From an uncultured virus (IMG/VR IMGVR_UViG_3300006674_000076) (lineage: Duplodnaviria; Heunggongvirae; Uroviricota; Caudoviricetes), in IMG/VR virus record IMGVR_UViG_3300006674_000076, positions 55,922-75,921 of that record: a stretch of 20,000 nt of DNA; one strand, written 5' to 3'. The notes under the pieces are model-generated. The model worked only from the letters and a program-made list of their open reading frames with translations. It had not been told where the DNA came from and did no database searches. Position numbers and translations under genes: made by a program. The stretch's first letter is position 1, and every line of letters begins with the position of its first letter. Shown here one piece after another: positions 1 to 8,313 of this stretch.

Positions 1-2
1 GC

Positions 3-302
3 AGACCACTATCCATTTGGACAGACCAAGATATTCTTAGGTATATTAAAGAAAATAATATCCCAATAGCCAAGTGTTATGGAGAAATTGTAGAGGAAAA
101 CGGCGTTTTAAAAACAACTGGAGTAAGTGGCACTGGTTGTATGTTTTGCATGTTTGGTGTTCAATCAGAAAAGTGCCCTAATAAATTTCAAAAAATGAAA
201 GTAAATCACCCGAAGCACTGGGAATATTGTATGAAACCATTTGAAGAGGGTGGTTTAGGACTAAAACACGTATTAGAGGTGTTAAATGTCCCATACGAGT
301 AG
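3..302 (+). CDS. 3' part of a PAPS-reductase-family (adenine nucleotide alpha-hydrolase-like) phage protein, truncated by the window edge
   Basis: Not in the ORF track. Frame 3 reads RPLSIWTDQDILRYIKENNIPIAKCYG...TGVSGTGCMFCMFG...VLNVPYE* (TAG 300-302). The P-L-x-x-W-T-x-x-D-I and TGCxxC motifs are typical of this family's C-terminus. Confidence 0.75.
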   Translation, partial: RPLSIWTDQDILRYIKENNIPIAKCYGEIVEENGVLKTTGVSGTGCMFCMFGVQSEKCPNKFQKMKVNHPKHWEYCMKPFEEGGLGLKHVLEVLNVPYE

Positions 303-325
303 TTTTATCAAAGAGGTGAAAAATA

Positions 326-886
326 TTGGCTACTAAGAGGGATAAAATATGGTTGAGACAACCAAATGAACCTCAAAATGAGTATAATTTGTTTGAAAAA
401 TACTTAATGTTAGGCGTTGGACGTTCCTTAGAACAGCTTGCAAAGATGCAAGGAAGAACAAAAGTGCCTGCATCTTATGTTACTTTCTATCAAAACTATA
501 ATTGGGAGGAGCGAGCCAACGCATATGACGAATACATATTGGAAGAAAGAGGCAAAAAGAGAGCATTTACATCAGATAAACTACATGAAGAGCTCACTGG
601 AGTTGCCCAAAAGTTCCTTGATAAGGTTAATCAACGCTTGGCTACTCTCGATGCAGAGTCATTATCGCCAAAAGATGTTAAAGAATGGGTCGATGCGATT
701 GTAAAAGTGCAAAAATTGAGTGCTGACATGGGCTTAAATTACAGTAAAAACGGCAAAAAGACGTCTTTCAACACTCCTTTGGTTGAAGTTGTGATAAAAC
801 AAGATGAAAAAGAGGAAAAAGAGCTTCCAAAACCACAAATTATCAATGTAGAAGACGAAAAAGAAGCGATTGGTGGTGAAGAATAG
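326..886 (+). CDS. terS: Probable terminase small subunit
   Basis: TTG start after a GAGGTG RBS. HTH-like N-terminus (RSLEQLAK...YNWEERANAYD) and helical middle. Its stop overlaps the start of the large terminase. Confidence 0.7.
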   Translation: MATKRDKIWLRQPNEPQNEYNLFEKYLMLGVGRSLEQLAKMQGRTKVPASYVTFYQNYNWEERANAYDEYILEERGKKRAFTSDKLHEELTGVAQKFLDKVNQRLATLDAESLSPKDVKEWVDAIVKVQKLSADMGLNYSKNGKKTSFNTPLVEVVIKQDEKEEKELPKPQIINVEDEKEAIGGEE

Positions 887-2106
887 TGCCAAAAGCCAAA
901 ATACAGTTCATTCCACATGCTGGACAGCTTAAAGCTTGGAATTCTGAGAAGCGAATTGTTGCTGTAATAGCTGGTTCAGGCGGTGGGAAGTCCCTATTGG
1001 GCTCATTTTGGCTGTTAAGAGAGATACAGAAAGACCCAAGAGCCACTTTTATGGCTGTAGCACCGACATATTCAATGCTAATTCGTAATTTGATGCCTTA
1101 TATTCAGAATTTGCTTGAACCTTACGGTGCTTATTATAGAACTAATGAAAAAGTATGGTATTTACCAGAAGGCGGAAGAGTAATAATGGGCTCTGCTGAT
1201 AACCCATTAAGTTTAGAAGGAGCACACGTTAGAGCTGCTTGGTTAGACGAAGCTGGACAGATGGACGCTTTAGTTTGGGACGTTGTTAGAAGAAGAACTG
1301 CTTTTCATAGAGGTAGAATTTTGATTACAACTACTCCATACTTTTGGAACTGGATAAAGACTGAGGTATACGATAAATGGGCTTCAGGAGAAGATGAAGA
1401 TATTGAAGTAATAACCTTTGACTCAAAGACTAATCCTTACTTCCCTATTGAAGAGTTTGAAAGGCTAAGAGCTACGATGCCAGATTGGAAGTTTAAGATG
1501 TTCTACGAAGCACAGTGGACGAGACCTTCAGGCTTAGTTTACGCTGACTTCAGAGAAGATATCAATTTGGTGCAGCCATTTGATATTCCAAGCGATTGGC
1601 GTAGATACATCGGTGTAGACTTCGGGTTTAATAACCCATGTGCAGCAGTTTGGGTTGCAGTTGACAAAGACACAGATACTTGGTATGTTTACAGAGAATA
1701 CAAGAAGAAAGGTAAAACGGCACAGGAATTTGCAACTGAAATATCCAATATATCTTATGATGAGTTTATTTACAAAATATACGGAGACCCATCATCTCCA
1801 CAATCTTTGAAAGAATTACGTAAATACTTCCAAGGAGCAGTATCACCAGCAGACAACAAGGTATTAGATGGCATCGGAGCTGTAACTGTGCGAATTAGAA
1901 ATGGCAGTTTGAAGATATTCGCTAATTTAGATGGTTTATTAGATGAGTTAAAGTCATATAGATGGAAGATGAGTAACGATACAATGTATGATGAGCCAGT
2001 TAAAGAAAACGACCACTTGCTGGACGCACTAAGATATGTTGTTTATTCAACGTATAAGAGTAACAACATAAGAAAGATACCTGTTCCTAAACCGATGGGG
2101 TGGTGA
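886..2106 (+). CDS. terL: Terminase large subunit
   Basis: Walker A AGSGGGKS, Walker B AAWLDEAG, coupling motif ITTTP, nuclease motifs IGVDFG and DHLLDALRY. Confidence 0.95.
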   Translation: MPKAKIQFIPHAGQLKAWNSEKRIVAVIAGSGGGKSLLGSFWLLREIQKDPRATFMAVAPTYSMLIRNLMPYIQNLLEPYGAYYRTNEKVWYLPEGGRVIMGSADNPLSLEGAHVRAAWLDEAGQMDALVWDVVRRRTAFHRGRILITTTPYFWNWIKTEVYDKWASGEDEDIEVITFDSKTNPYFPIEEFERLRATMPDWKFKMFYEAQWTRPSGLVYADFREDINLVQPFDIPSDWRRYIGVDFGFNNPCAAVWVAVDKDTDTWYVYREYKKKGKTAQEFATEISNISYDEFIYKIYGDPSSPQSLKELRKYFQGAVSPADNKVLDGIGAVTVRIRNGSLKIFANLDGLLDELKSYRWKMSNDTMYDEPVKENDHLLDALRYVVYSTYKSNNIRKIPVPKPMGW

Positions 2107-2107
2107 G

Positions 2108-3538
2108 ATGTTAACAAGTTTAGATGTGATATCACAAGGTAAGTCTTTTCCACCTTTTACAGAACTGCCAAGGCTTGATAGATACAGGACTAATAAATTT
2201 CTATTTGATAATAAGCCACAAGCAGTATGGGTAGATTGGGCACGTAGATTAGAGGGCGACCAAGGTTTAGGCATGATGGTAGCTCTGAACTATCCACAAC
2301 GCTTGTCTAAGCTGTGGGCTGATATGCTATTTGGAGAAACACCAAGGATAACCGTTTACCCAGAAACGCAAGAGAATGTAACCGATATGACAAAGATGTT
2401 GCTTGTTTCAGACTTTTGGAACGTGTCTTATCAGGTTGCATTAGATGTTTCCAGATATGGCACTGGCATTTACAAGTTATGGTTAGACGGTGTTCCAAGG
2501 TTCCAAGCCATTCCTCCTCATATGTGGTTCCCAATAATTAATCCAAGCAATATGCATGAAGTTGTAGCACATGTTATAGCTTGGTTGTCTAAAGATACTG
2601 ATAATAGCGGAGACAATACGTTGTTGATGGAAATACATACTGCTGGCAAGATTGAATACAGAGCGTATAAAATGCACAGTGGCATTATCGGAGATGACAT
2701 TACCGATTTAGTTTACGAAAACAGAGAAGAAGAGACTGGAGTTGATATACCGCTTATATTCACAGTGCATAACATAAACGCTTCAGATAGTCCCATCGGG
2801 CAAGACGATTACGAGGCTATAGAACCTATTTTGTATGAACTTAATCAGAGGTTATCACAAATTGCAAGGATTCTAAATAAGCATTCAGACCCACATATGG
2901 CAGGACCAGAGACAGCCTTGGAGCAAGATGAAATGGGAAGATATGTATTTAGAGGTGGTGCTAAATACTTCCCATTAGAAGCTGGAGACCCGATACCACA
3001 GTATATAACTTGGGACGGTAAATTACAAGCTGCATTTGACGAGATTAAATTCTTAGTAGAACAGTTGTTTGTAATATCTGAGGTATCTCCAGTGCTGTTT
3101 GGCATGACTGAAGGTTCGCTTAGAACTGGTGCTGGACTACGTAAAGAGTTGATAGCTCCAATATCTAAATCCAACAGATTGAGAATGCGTTTTGACCCAG
3201 TGATTAGAAATATGATACTAACTGCTGGTGCGTTGTGGAACAAAGATTGGAAAGAGATAAACGTTAGCTGGCAGGAAGGGTTACCAATTAACGACCTTGA
3301 ACAAGCTCAGATTTACACGATGCTATATAAGACTGGATTGGTATCTCAGGAGACTGCTGTTAAAAAGCTGTTCTCTTTGGATAGCCAAACGCTAAACGAA
3401 GAACTATCTAAGATAAACCAATCAGCAACGGTTAAAAAGGGCGATGCTGCAACGTTGATTGATAACAAATACGGCGTAGCAGCGGAAAGTGCTCTAAATG
3501 CAGTGCAAGGTGACGGGACGTTAAACACGGAAATTTAA
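2108..3538 (+). CDS. Portal protein (SPP1/A118-like)
   Basis: 476 aa directly after terL. Portal-like segments LNYPQRLSKLWADMLFGE, GQDDYEAIEPILYELN and GLVSQETAVKKL. Confidence 0.88.
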   Translation: MLTSLDVISQGKSFPPFTELPRLDRYRTNKFLFDNKPQAVWVDWARRLEGDQGLGMMVALNYPQRLSKLWADMLFGETPRITVYPETQENVTDMTKMLLVSDFWNVSYQVALDVSRYGTGIYKLWLDGVPRFQAIPPHMWFPIINPSNMHEVVAHVIAWLSKDTDNSGDNTLLMEIHTAGKIEYRAYKMHSGIIGDDITDLVYENREEETGVDIPLIFTVHNINASDSPIGQDDYEAIEPILYELNQRLSQIARILNKHSDPHMAGPETALEQDEMGRYVFRGGAKYFPLEAGDPIPQYITWDGKLQAAFDEIKFLVEQLFVISEVSPVLFGMTEGSLRTGAGLRKELIAPISKSNRLRMRFDPVIRNMILTAGALWNKDWKEINVSWQEGLPINDLEQAQIYTMLYKTGLVSQETAVKKLFSLDSQTLNEELSKINQSATVKKGDAATLIDNKYGVAAESALNAVQGDGTLNTEI

Positions 3539-3539
3539 C

Positions 3540-3662
3540 ATGCCACGCAGGAATAGAAGGAAGCACAAAGAACCAGAAGATTATTACGAAAACATCAAGT
3601 TGAAGAGAAAAGACAAGTTTTATCGTAAAAAGAGGTGGAAGAAAAATGGCAGAAAGAGTTAG
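3540..3662 (+). CDS. Putative small, highly basic protein (40 aa)
   Basis: ATG lies 1 nt after the portal stop. MPRRNRRKHKEPEDYYENIKLKRKDKFYRKKRWKKNGRKS has 19 K/R in 40 aa. It fills the gap and overlaps the next gene by 17 nt. No strong RBS. Confidence 0.5.
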   Translation: MPRRNRRKHKEPEDYYENIKLKRKDKFYRKKRWKKNGRKS

Positions 3663-3957
3663 CCATAAGCCTTGGGGCAGATTCTCAGAAAGTGATTATA
3701 CATTGGAGCAGTTAGCTCGTGCTTCTTTAATACACATGCAGGAGCCACCCAAAACCAAGGCTGATTGCAAATTACCAATTAGAGAACCAGATGGAACTTT
3801 GAATGCAAACGGCATAGTAGCAGCTGCGATAAGAATACATCAAACAGATGCACCAATGGAAAAGAAACGCAAAGCAGCAAGGAAACTTGTATCTCTATAT
3901 AGAAACGTTCTTAATAGAGAACCACCAGACAGCTTGAAAAGATTAGCTGAAATGTAA
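3646..3957 (+). CDS. Head-module hypothetical protein (103 aa)
   Basis: GAGGTGG RBS. Lies between portal and scaffold. Contains KLPIREPDGTLNANGIVAAA. Confidence 0.75.
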   Translation: MAERVSHKPWGRFSESDYTLEQLARASLIHMQEPPKTKADCKLPIREPDGTLNANGIVAAAIRIHQTDAPMEKKRKAARKLVSLYRNVLNREPPDSLKRLAEM

Positions 3958-3976
3958 GTAATGCATGTGGTATAAT
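3947..3976 (+). promoter_or_regulatory. Putative sigma-A promoter with extended -10 for scaffold/capsid genes
   Basis: TGTG-G-TATAAT at 3966-3976 (TRTG element plus perfect -10). Weak -35 CTGAAA at 3947-3952 with an 18-bp spacer. Confidence 0.6.
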
Positions 3977-3994
3977 AATTATTAGTAAAAATTA

Positions 3995-4020
3995 CGCTGA
4001 CAACGAGCGGTAAATCGTTG
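3995..4020 (+). promoter_or_regulatory. Predicted H-type RNA pseudoknot directly 5' of the scaffold RBS
   Basis: Stem 1 CGCT(3995-3998)/AGCG(4006-4009), stem 2 CAACG(4001-4005)/CGTTG(4016-4020), loops GA / 0 nt / GTAAAT. SD GAAGGAGG starts at 4021. Confidence 0.5.
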
Positions 4021-4034
4021 GAAGGAGGTTTATG

Positions 4035-4631
4035 ATGGCAGACGAAGTTAAACAAGTCCAAAGCAGTAATGAGGTTAACGAAACTCAAGCAGTTAGTGAA
4101 CCTATACAAGAGCAAGAAACTCCTAAGGTATTTACACAAGAGGAGTTAGAAAAGATTATTGCAGAAAGGCTTGAAAGAGAAAGAAAGAAATACAAAGATT
4201 ACGACGAATTAAAGAAAGTTGCAGAAGAGTATAAGAAGATGAAAGAAGCACAGATGACAGAAGAAGAAAAATTACAGAGCAAGTTAGCTGAATTAGAAGC
4301 GGCTGTGCTTGAGAAAGAGTTGGAGGTGCAGGAAGCCATGATTGAAAAAACAAAGATGAAAGTAGCGATGGAAATGGGCTTACCTGCTGACGCTTTAGAT
4401 TTCATCTCTGGTTCTACAGAGGAAGAAATCAGAGAAGCGGCTGAGAAGTTTAAGAATTTACTTGGAGGAAATTACTCCAAGGTTGGTAAGCCTTCAGCTC
4501 CTGCAACAGCACAGTCTGGGTCGAAGGTATGGACACGTAGCGAAATTGAAAACATGTCACGAGAAGAACTAATACAGCACAGAGAAGAGATTAAACAAGC
4601 CATGAAAGAAGGCAGAATAATTGACAAATAA
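4035..4631 (+). CDS. Capsid scaffolding protein (DUF4355-like)
   Basis: KVFTQEELEKIIAERLERERKKY motif, E/K-rich coiled coil, located just before the capsid gene. The second ATG (4035) has better SD spacing than 4032. Confidence 0.88.
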   Translation: MADEVKQVQSSNEVNETQAVSEPIQEQETPKVFTQEELEKIIAERLERERKKYKDYDELKKVAEEYKKMKEAQMTEEEKLQSKLAELEAAVLEKELEVQEAMIEKTKMKVAMEMGLPADALDFISGSTEEEIREAAEKFKNLLGGNYSKVGKPSAPATAQSGSKVWTRSEIENMSREELIQHREEIKQAMKEGRIIDK

Positions 4632-4648
4632 AGAGGTGAAATATAAAT

Positions 4649-5629
4649 ATGGCTAATGAAATTTTTAGTAAAGATACAAGTGGAACCTTTACTAAAATTG
4701 TGCCCGGCGAAATAGTTCCCACTTTTTGGAGCGCAACATTATTAGAGGACCTTAAGAAAGAGCTGGTGTTTGGTTCTTTAACCAACGCACAGTATATTGG
4801 TGAAGTAAAATACGGTCAAACGTTAAAGATATTCAACGTATCTGGCGTAACAATTACAAATTATAGTCCAGTAGATGGATTTGGCAACGCATGGACTCCA
4901 AGCAGAGCTAAAGCTGAAGAAGTAACTACATTAACAATTGATAATGCAAAGGCATTTCAGTTCTTCATAGAGGACCTTGAAAATAGAGCAGTTCTCGTAG
5001 ACTTAATGTCTGCGATAATGAGAGAAACCACTTATAAATTAAGAGATGTTGTAGACCAGTATATCGCAGGGCTATTTGAAGCTGGAGCTACTCCATTCCT
5101 GACTGATACAGGAGGAGAGATTGCGGCACAGCTAACCAATACTTACACTTTCTACGACCTATTGGTTGACGTTGACACTTTAATGAATAAAAACAACGTT
5201 CCAAGGAATGGTCGTTGGATTGTCGTTCCACCAGAATTGAGAGCTCTACTGCTTAAGGACAATAGGTTTGTAGCCAACGCTTCTTCTCCACAAGCTTATG
5301 TATCTTTGCTGAATGGTGAAGTTGGTCAGGCGGCTGGATTTACTGTTAAGATGAGCAACAACGTTCCTACGCTTAGTGGAACATTAGATGGTTCTTATCG
5401 TTTCTACGCTGGAACTAACGATGCGTTGGCATTTGCATATGATGTAGAGAAGATTGAAACATACAGACCTGAGAACAGATTTGCAGATGCCGTTAAAGGA
5501 TTGTTTGTATACGGAGCTAAGGTAATCAGACCAGTTTGCGTTTACAAAGTTGCAGTTAAACTACCTGTTCCAGAACCAGAACAACCAGGACAAGGTAATA
5601 CTGGTGGTAATGGTGGTAATAGTTCATAA
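4649..5629 (+). CDS. Major capsid protein (HK97 fold, P22-coat-like)
   Basis: 326 aa after the scaffold. IVPTFWSATLL, LMNKNNVPRNGRWIVVPP and FADAVKGLFVYGAKVIRP are typical segments. Ends in a Pro/Gly-rich tail. Confidence 0.92.
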   Translation: MANEIFSKDTSGTFTKIVPGEIVPTFWSATLLEDLKKELVFGSLTNAQYIGEVKYGQTLKIFNVSGVTITNYSPVDGFGNAWTPSRAKAEEVTTLTIDNAKAFQFFIEDLENRAVLVDLMSAIMRETTYKLRDVVDQYIAGLFEAGATPFLTDTGGEIAAQLTNTYTFYDLLVDVDTLMNKNNVPRNGRWIVVPPELRALLLKDNRFVANASSPQAYVSLLNGEVGQAAGFTVKMSNNVPTLSGTLDGSYRFYAGTNDALAFAYDVEKIETYRPENRFADAVKGLFVYGAKVIRPVCVYKVAVKLPVPEPEQPGQGNTGGNGGNSS

Positions 5630-5650
5630 TTACGTTTATCACATTATTAG

Positions 5651-5676
5651 CGGGAGCTGTCATGCGACAGCTCCCG
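5651..5676 (+). terminator. Perfect 11-bp GC-rich hairpin after the capsid gene (attenuating terminator or mRNA stabiliser)
   Basis: CGGGAGCTGTC-ATGC-GACAGCTCCCG. No U-tract follows (AGATAAAT). Confidence 0.55.
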
Positions 5677-5694
5677 AGATAAATGGAGGTTAAA

Positions 5695-5925
5695 ATGGCA
5701 GTATTGTATGATAAGAAAAACAAGCATTACGTTTATGTAGAGGACGAAGAAGTTGAAACACTGATAAAAGCTTATGATTGGCTGGAGGTGGTCAGATGGC
5801 ACTCACAATTGGTACCAACAGTTACGTCGACGTCGGATACGCAGACGAATACTTCAGAGCAAGAGACATCGACGGAACAGGAATCTGGAAAGACCTCACG
5901 AAAGAACAAAAAGAAGCAATATTAG
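5695..5925 (+). CDS. Small hypothetical protein after the capsid gene (76 aa)
   Basis: GGAGGT RBS then ATG 5695 (MAVLYDKK...). The T/S/E-rich and basic C-terminal half overlaps the next gene by 130 nt. Confidence 0.55.
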   Translation: MAVLYDKKNKHYVYVEDEEVETLIKAYDWLEVVRWHSQLVPTVTSTSDTQTNTSEQETSTEQESGKTSRKNKKKQY

Positions 5926-6371
5926 TTCAAGCTGCATCTTTGCTTGATACTTTAATTTATAAAGGTGCCAAGAAAGACCCTAATCAGCCAATGGCATTTC
6001 CAAGAGTTCTAATGATTAAACACGGAGTAGAATTTGCAGCTGAGCTTTTAGACACTGGCTCCATTTATGAGGCTATCGCACAGTTATACCCACAAGAACC
6101 TTATATTTACAGGGTTGGAGATATAGAATACATTGACATTGGAACTCCAGAGATAATTAAGATGGCACAATGCGAACAGGCAAAGTATTTACTTGAAATG
6201 GCTAATGACCCGAGAATACAAGCTATTATGTCTGGAGTATCGTATGTAGCAGTAGGTTCAGTTAGAGAGGCATACAATACTGATAGGGTTAGTGCTAAAA
6301 CGGTGATAATTTCTCCTATGGCTAAGTCTTTAATAAAACCGTTAATCGCTGGAGCAGTTGGACAGATATGA
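5796..6371 (+). CDS. Head-tail connector/adaptor (DnaT-like phage family)
   Basis: GGAGGTG RBS then ATG 5796. Motifs NSYVDVGYADEYF, YKGAKKDPNQPMAFPR and PEIIKMAQCEQA. Synteny after the capsid gene. Confidence 0.8.
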   Translation: MALTIGTNSYVDVGYADEYFRARDIDGTGIWKDLTKEQKEAILVQAASLLDTLIYKGAKKDPNQPMAFPRVLMIKHGVEFAAELLDTGSIYEAIAQLYPQEPYIYRVGDIEYIDIGTPEIIKMAQCEQAKYLLEMANDPRIQAIMSGVSYVAVGSVREAYNTDRVSAKTVIISPMAKSLIKPLIAGAVGQI

Positions 6372-6682
6372 GCATTGTAGACAAATACTTAACGCAGACA
6401 GCTTACGTGTTAGAGCAGTTAGGAACTAACAGATACGGTGAGTATGAAACTGTTAGTAAACCGATTAAGTGCAGGTTAGAGATGTCGCAAAGCTACTTGG
6501 GAGAGATAACCAGAGCTTTAATGATAACTGAATACCAAGCTAAAGCGTTAATGTTTTGTAAAGAACCAGTAACTCTCGGGCAAAAAGTAATGTATAAAGG
6601 TAATGAATACACAGCGATACAGGTTAATGAAATAATCAATCTCGACGGCTCTCTATCTCATTATGAGGTAATATTAGGGTGA
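6368..6682 (+). CDS. Probable head closure / head-tail joining protein
   Basis: 104 aa, beta-rich, TNRYGE motif, ATGA coupling to the previous gene, synteny. Confidence 0.65.
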   Translation: MSIVDKYLTQTAYVLEQLGTNRYGEYETVSKPIKCRLEMSQSYLGEITRALMITEYQAKALMFCKEPVTLGQKVMYKGNEYTAIQVNEIINLDGSLSHYEVILG

Positions 6683-7089
6683 GAAAAGTAAAGATAAAAA
6701 TATCTAAGACTGACCCGTGGATTTCTAAAGCTGAAGAATACCAAGAAATACTTGAAGATGCTTTCATTAAAGACGGCGTAATCATTAACCTTAGAAAGAA
6801 AAGCGTTGATGCATTCTACTATGCTAAAGAAGTGCTTGCACCAGAAGATACTGGCAATTTAAGAAGCACGATGCAGTTGAGTGAAAGCTCATCTTCAGAT
6901 AAGATTACTTTTACATTCTCGGTATCTGCGTTTGACTTTGACGAAGGAGTGGCTTACGGCAGATTACACGAATTAGTGCATGATGGCGTTTATAGATATC
7001 ACAAAGAAGGAACGATGAACCAATACATGCTTAGAGCAATTAATAAGAAATTTGGCACTAACTTTAAGCACTACACTTCAGCTTTCTAA
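6679..7089 (+). CDS. HK97 gp10-like neck/tail-completion protein
   Basis: APEDTGNLRST motif (PVDTGxLRxS type) and YGRLHE. Synteny. Confidence 0.75.
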   Translation: MRKVKIKISKTDPWISKAEEYQEILEDAFIKDGVIINLRKKSVDAFYYAKEVLAPEDTGNLRSTMQLSESSSSDKITFTFSVSAFDFDEGVAYGRLHELVHDGVYRYHKEGTMNQYMLRAINKKFGTNFKHYTSAF

Positions 7090-7104
7090 GAGAGGGAATG
7101 AGAT

Positions 7105-7494
7105 ATGTTAGCGGCAGAAACAGTGTATGACCTTGTAGCAGAAGCAATAAACGGAAGGTGTGAGCTGTTTGTCGGCACACCACCTTTTGATTTAGATGAC
7201 TTGGTAGCACTTTACGATACTGGTATTGGAGATGGAGCTGAAGTTAACGGTTCAACGATGGAAAAAGCAATCATCATGGTAGTTGTCCGTTCTAAAAGAT
7301 ATGCTGATGGCTCTGCCATAATTGAAGATATTTACAAGCATCTCAACGATGCAAACAAAGATGGGTATGAATACAAAGATGGTGCATATATTATAATGAT
7401 AAGAGCATCAAGACCTCCATCTTATGAAGGTTTAGATGCGAGGCAAAGGCACATATTTACGCAACAATTTAATGTAATGCGAGAGGTGAAATAA
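7105..7494 (+). CDS. Probable tail terminator ('minor capsid' family)
   Basis: 129 aa just before the tail tube gene. VALYDTG, IMVVVRSKRY and GLDARQRHIFTQQF segments. Confidence 0.7.
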   Translation: MLAAETVYDLVAEAINGRCELFVGTPPFDLDDLVALYDTGIGDGAEVNGSTMEKAIIMVVVRSKRYADGSAIIEDIYKHLNDANKDGYEYKDGAYIIMIRASRPPSYEGLDARQRHIFTQQFNVMREVK

Positions 7495-7497
7495 AGA

Positions 7498-7905
7498 ATG
7501 GCTATAAGCGGCGCATACGGAAAAATATACGTTAAACAAGGTGGAACCAATGTTAAAATCGCAGAGATGTCAAGGTGGACCTTGAACTTGGACGTTAACG
7601 ATGTGGACGTAACTAACTTCGATACTGAAGGTTGGGTAGAAAGACTGACCACATTCAAGGATTGGACTGCATCTTGTGAAGGGAACCTTGTCATTGGCGA
7701 TGTCGGACAGATGGCTTTAATAGATGCTTACATAAACGGAGAACCAGTTACTATTGAGATGACAATTGGCAAGCCTTCTTCTCCACAATTGGTAATATCT
7801 GGCAAAGCGATGATGAGTTTAACATTAGAAGCATCTACAGACAGTCAGGCAACGTTCTCTGCTGACTTCAACGGCATGGGTGCGTTGACAATACATACTA
7901 CATAG
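7498..7905 (+). CDS. Major tail tube protein
   Basis: 135 aa. WTLNLDVNDVDVTNFDTEGWVERLTTFKDWTASCEG and the terminal FSADFNGMGAL match siphovirus tube proteins. No sheath gene seen. Confidence 0.88.
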   Translation: MAISGAYGKIYVKQGGTNVKIAEMSRWTLNLDVNDVDVTNFDTEGWVERLTTFKDWTASCEGNLVIGDVGQMALIDAYINGEPVTIEMTIGKPSSPQLVISGKAMMSLTLEASTDSQATFSADFNGMGALTIHTT

Positions 7906-7906
7906 C

Positions 7907-8299
7907 ATGATTACAGGTCTAATCGGTAGTGTTTGGTGTCTAAGCAAAATAGAAGATTTGACAAAACCGATAGACCGTGTTAAGGAGAGCCTGCCATTTT
8001 GTGGTGGGCTCTCCAATTGGCATTTTGAAATGATAATGAGTGAAGCTTTGGTTGATGGCTCTAAAAGTGTTACACCAGTTGGTTGGTTGTTAACATCAGA
8101 TGGGTTTTGGGCAATGCAAAGATGGATTGATAATCCGTATGGTTACGCTTTTGTGGAATTAAACTTAAACTTAGAAGATGTGCAAACTGCGATATGCGGT
8201 TACGTTTTACTTCCACCTATTGATGTTGAAGAAGGAGTATTGACGTATCAAAGGTTACAATTCCAAACGCTTGGAATACCATTTTTCATAAAAAAGTAA
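7907..8299 (+). CDS. Hypothetical tail protein, probable diverged tail-tube paralog
   Basis: 130 aa. By-eye colinear similarity to 7498-7905 (see findings). Confidence 0.55.
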   Translation: MITGLIGSVWCLSKIEDLTKPIDRVKESLPFCGGLSNWHFEMIMSEALVDGSKSVTPVGWLLTSDGFWAMQRWIDNPYGYAFVELNLNLEDVQTAICGYVLLPPIDVEEGVLTYQRLQFQTLGIPFFIKK

Positions 8300-8313
8300 T
8301 GGAGGTGCAATAA

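Noticed and set aside
5600..5700. Frameshift or readthrough extension of the capsid protein
   Set aside because: No slippery heptamer is seen and no long downstream reading frame is available to extend into.
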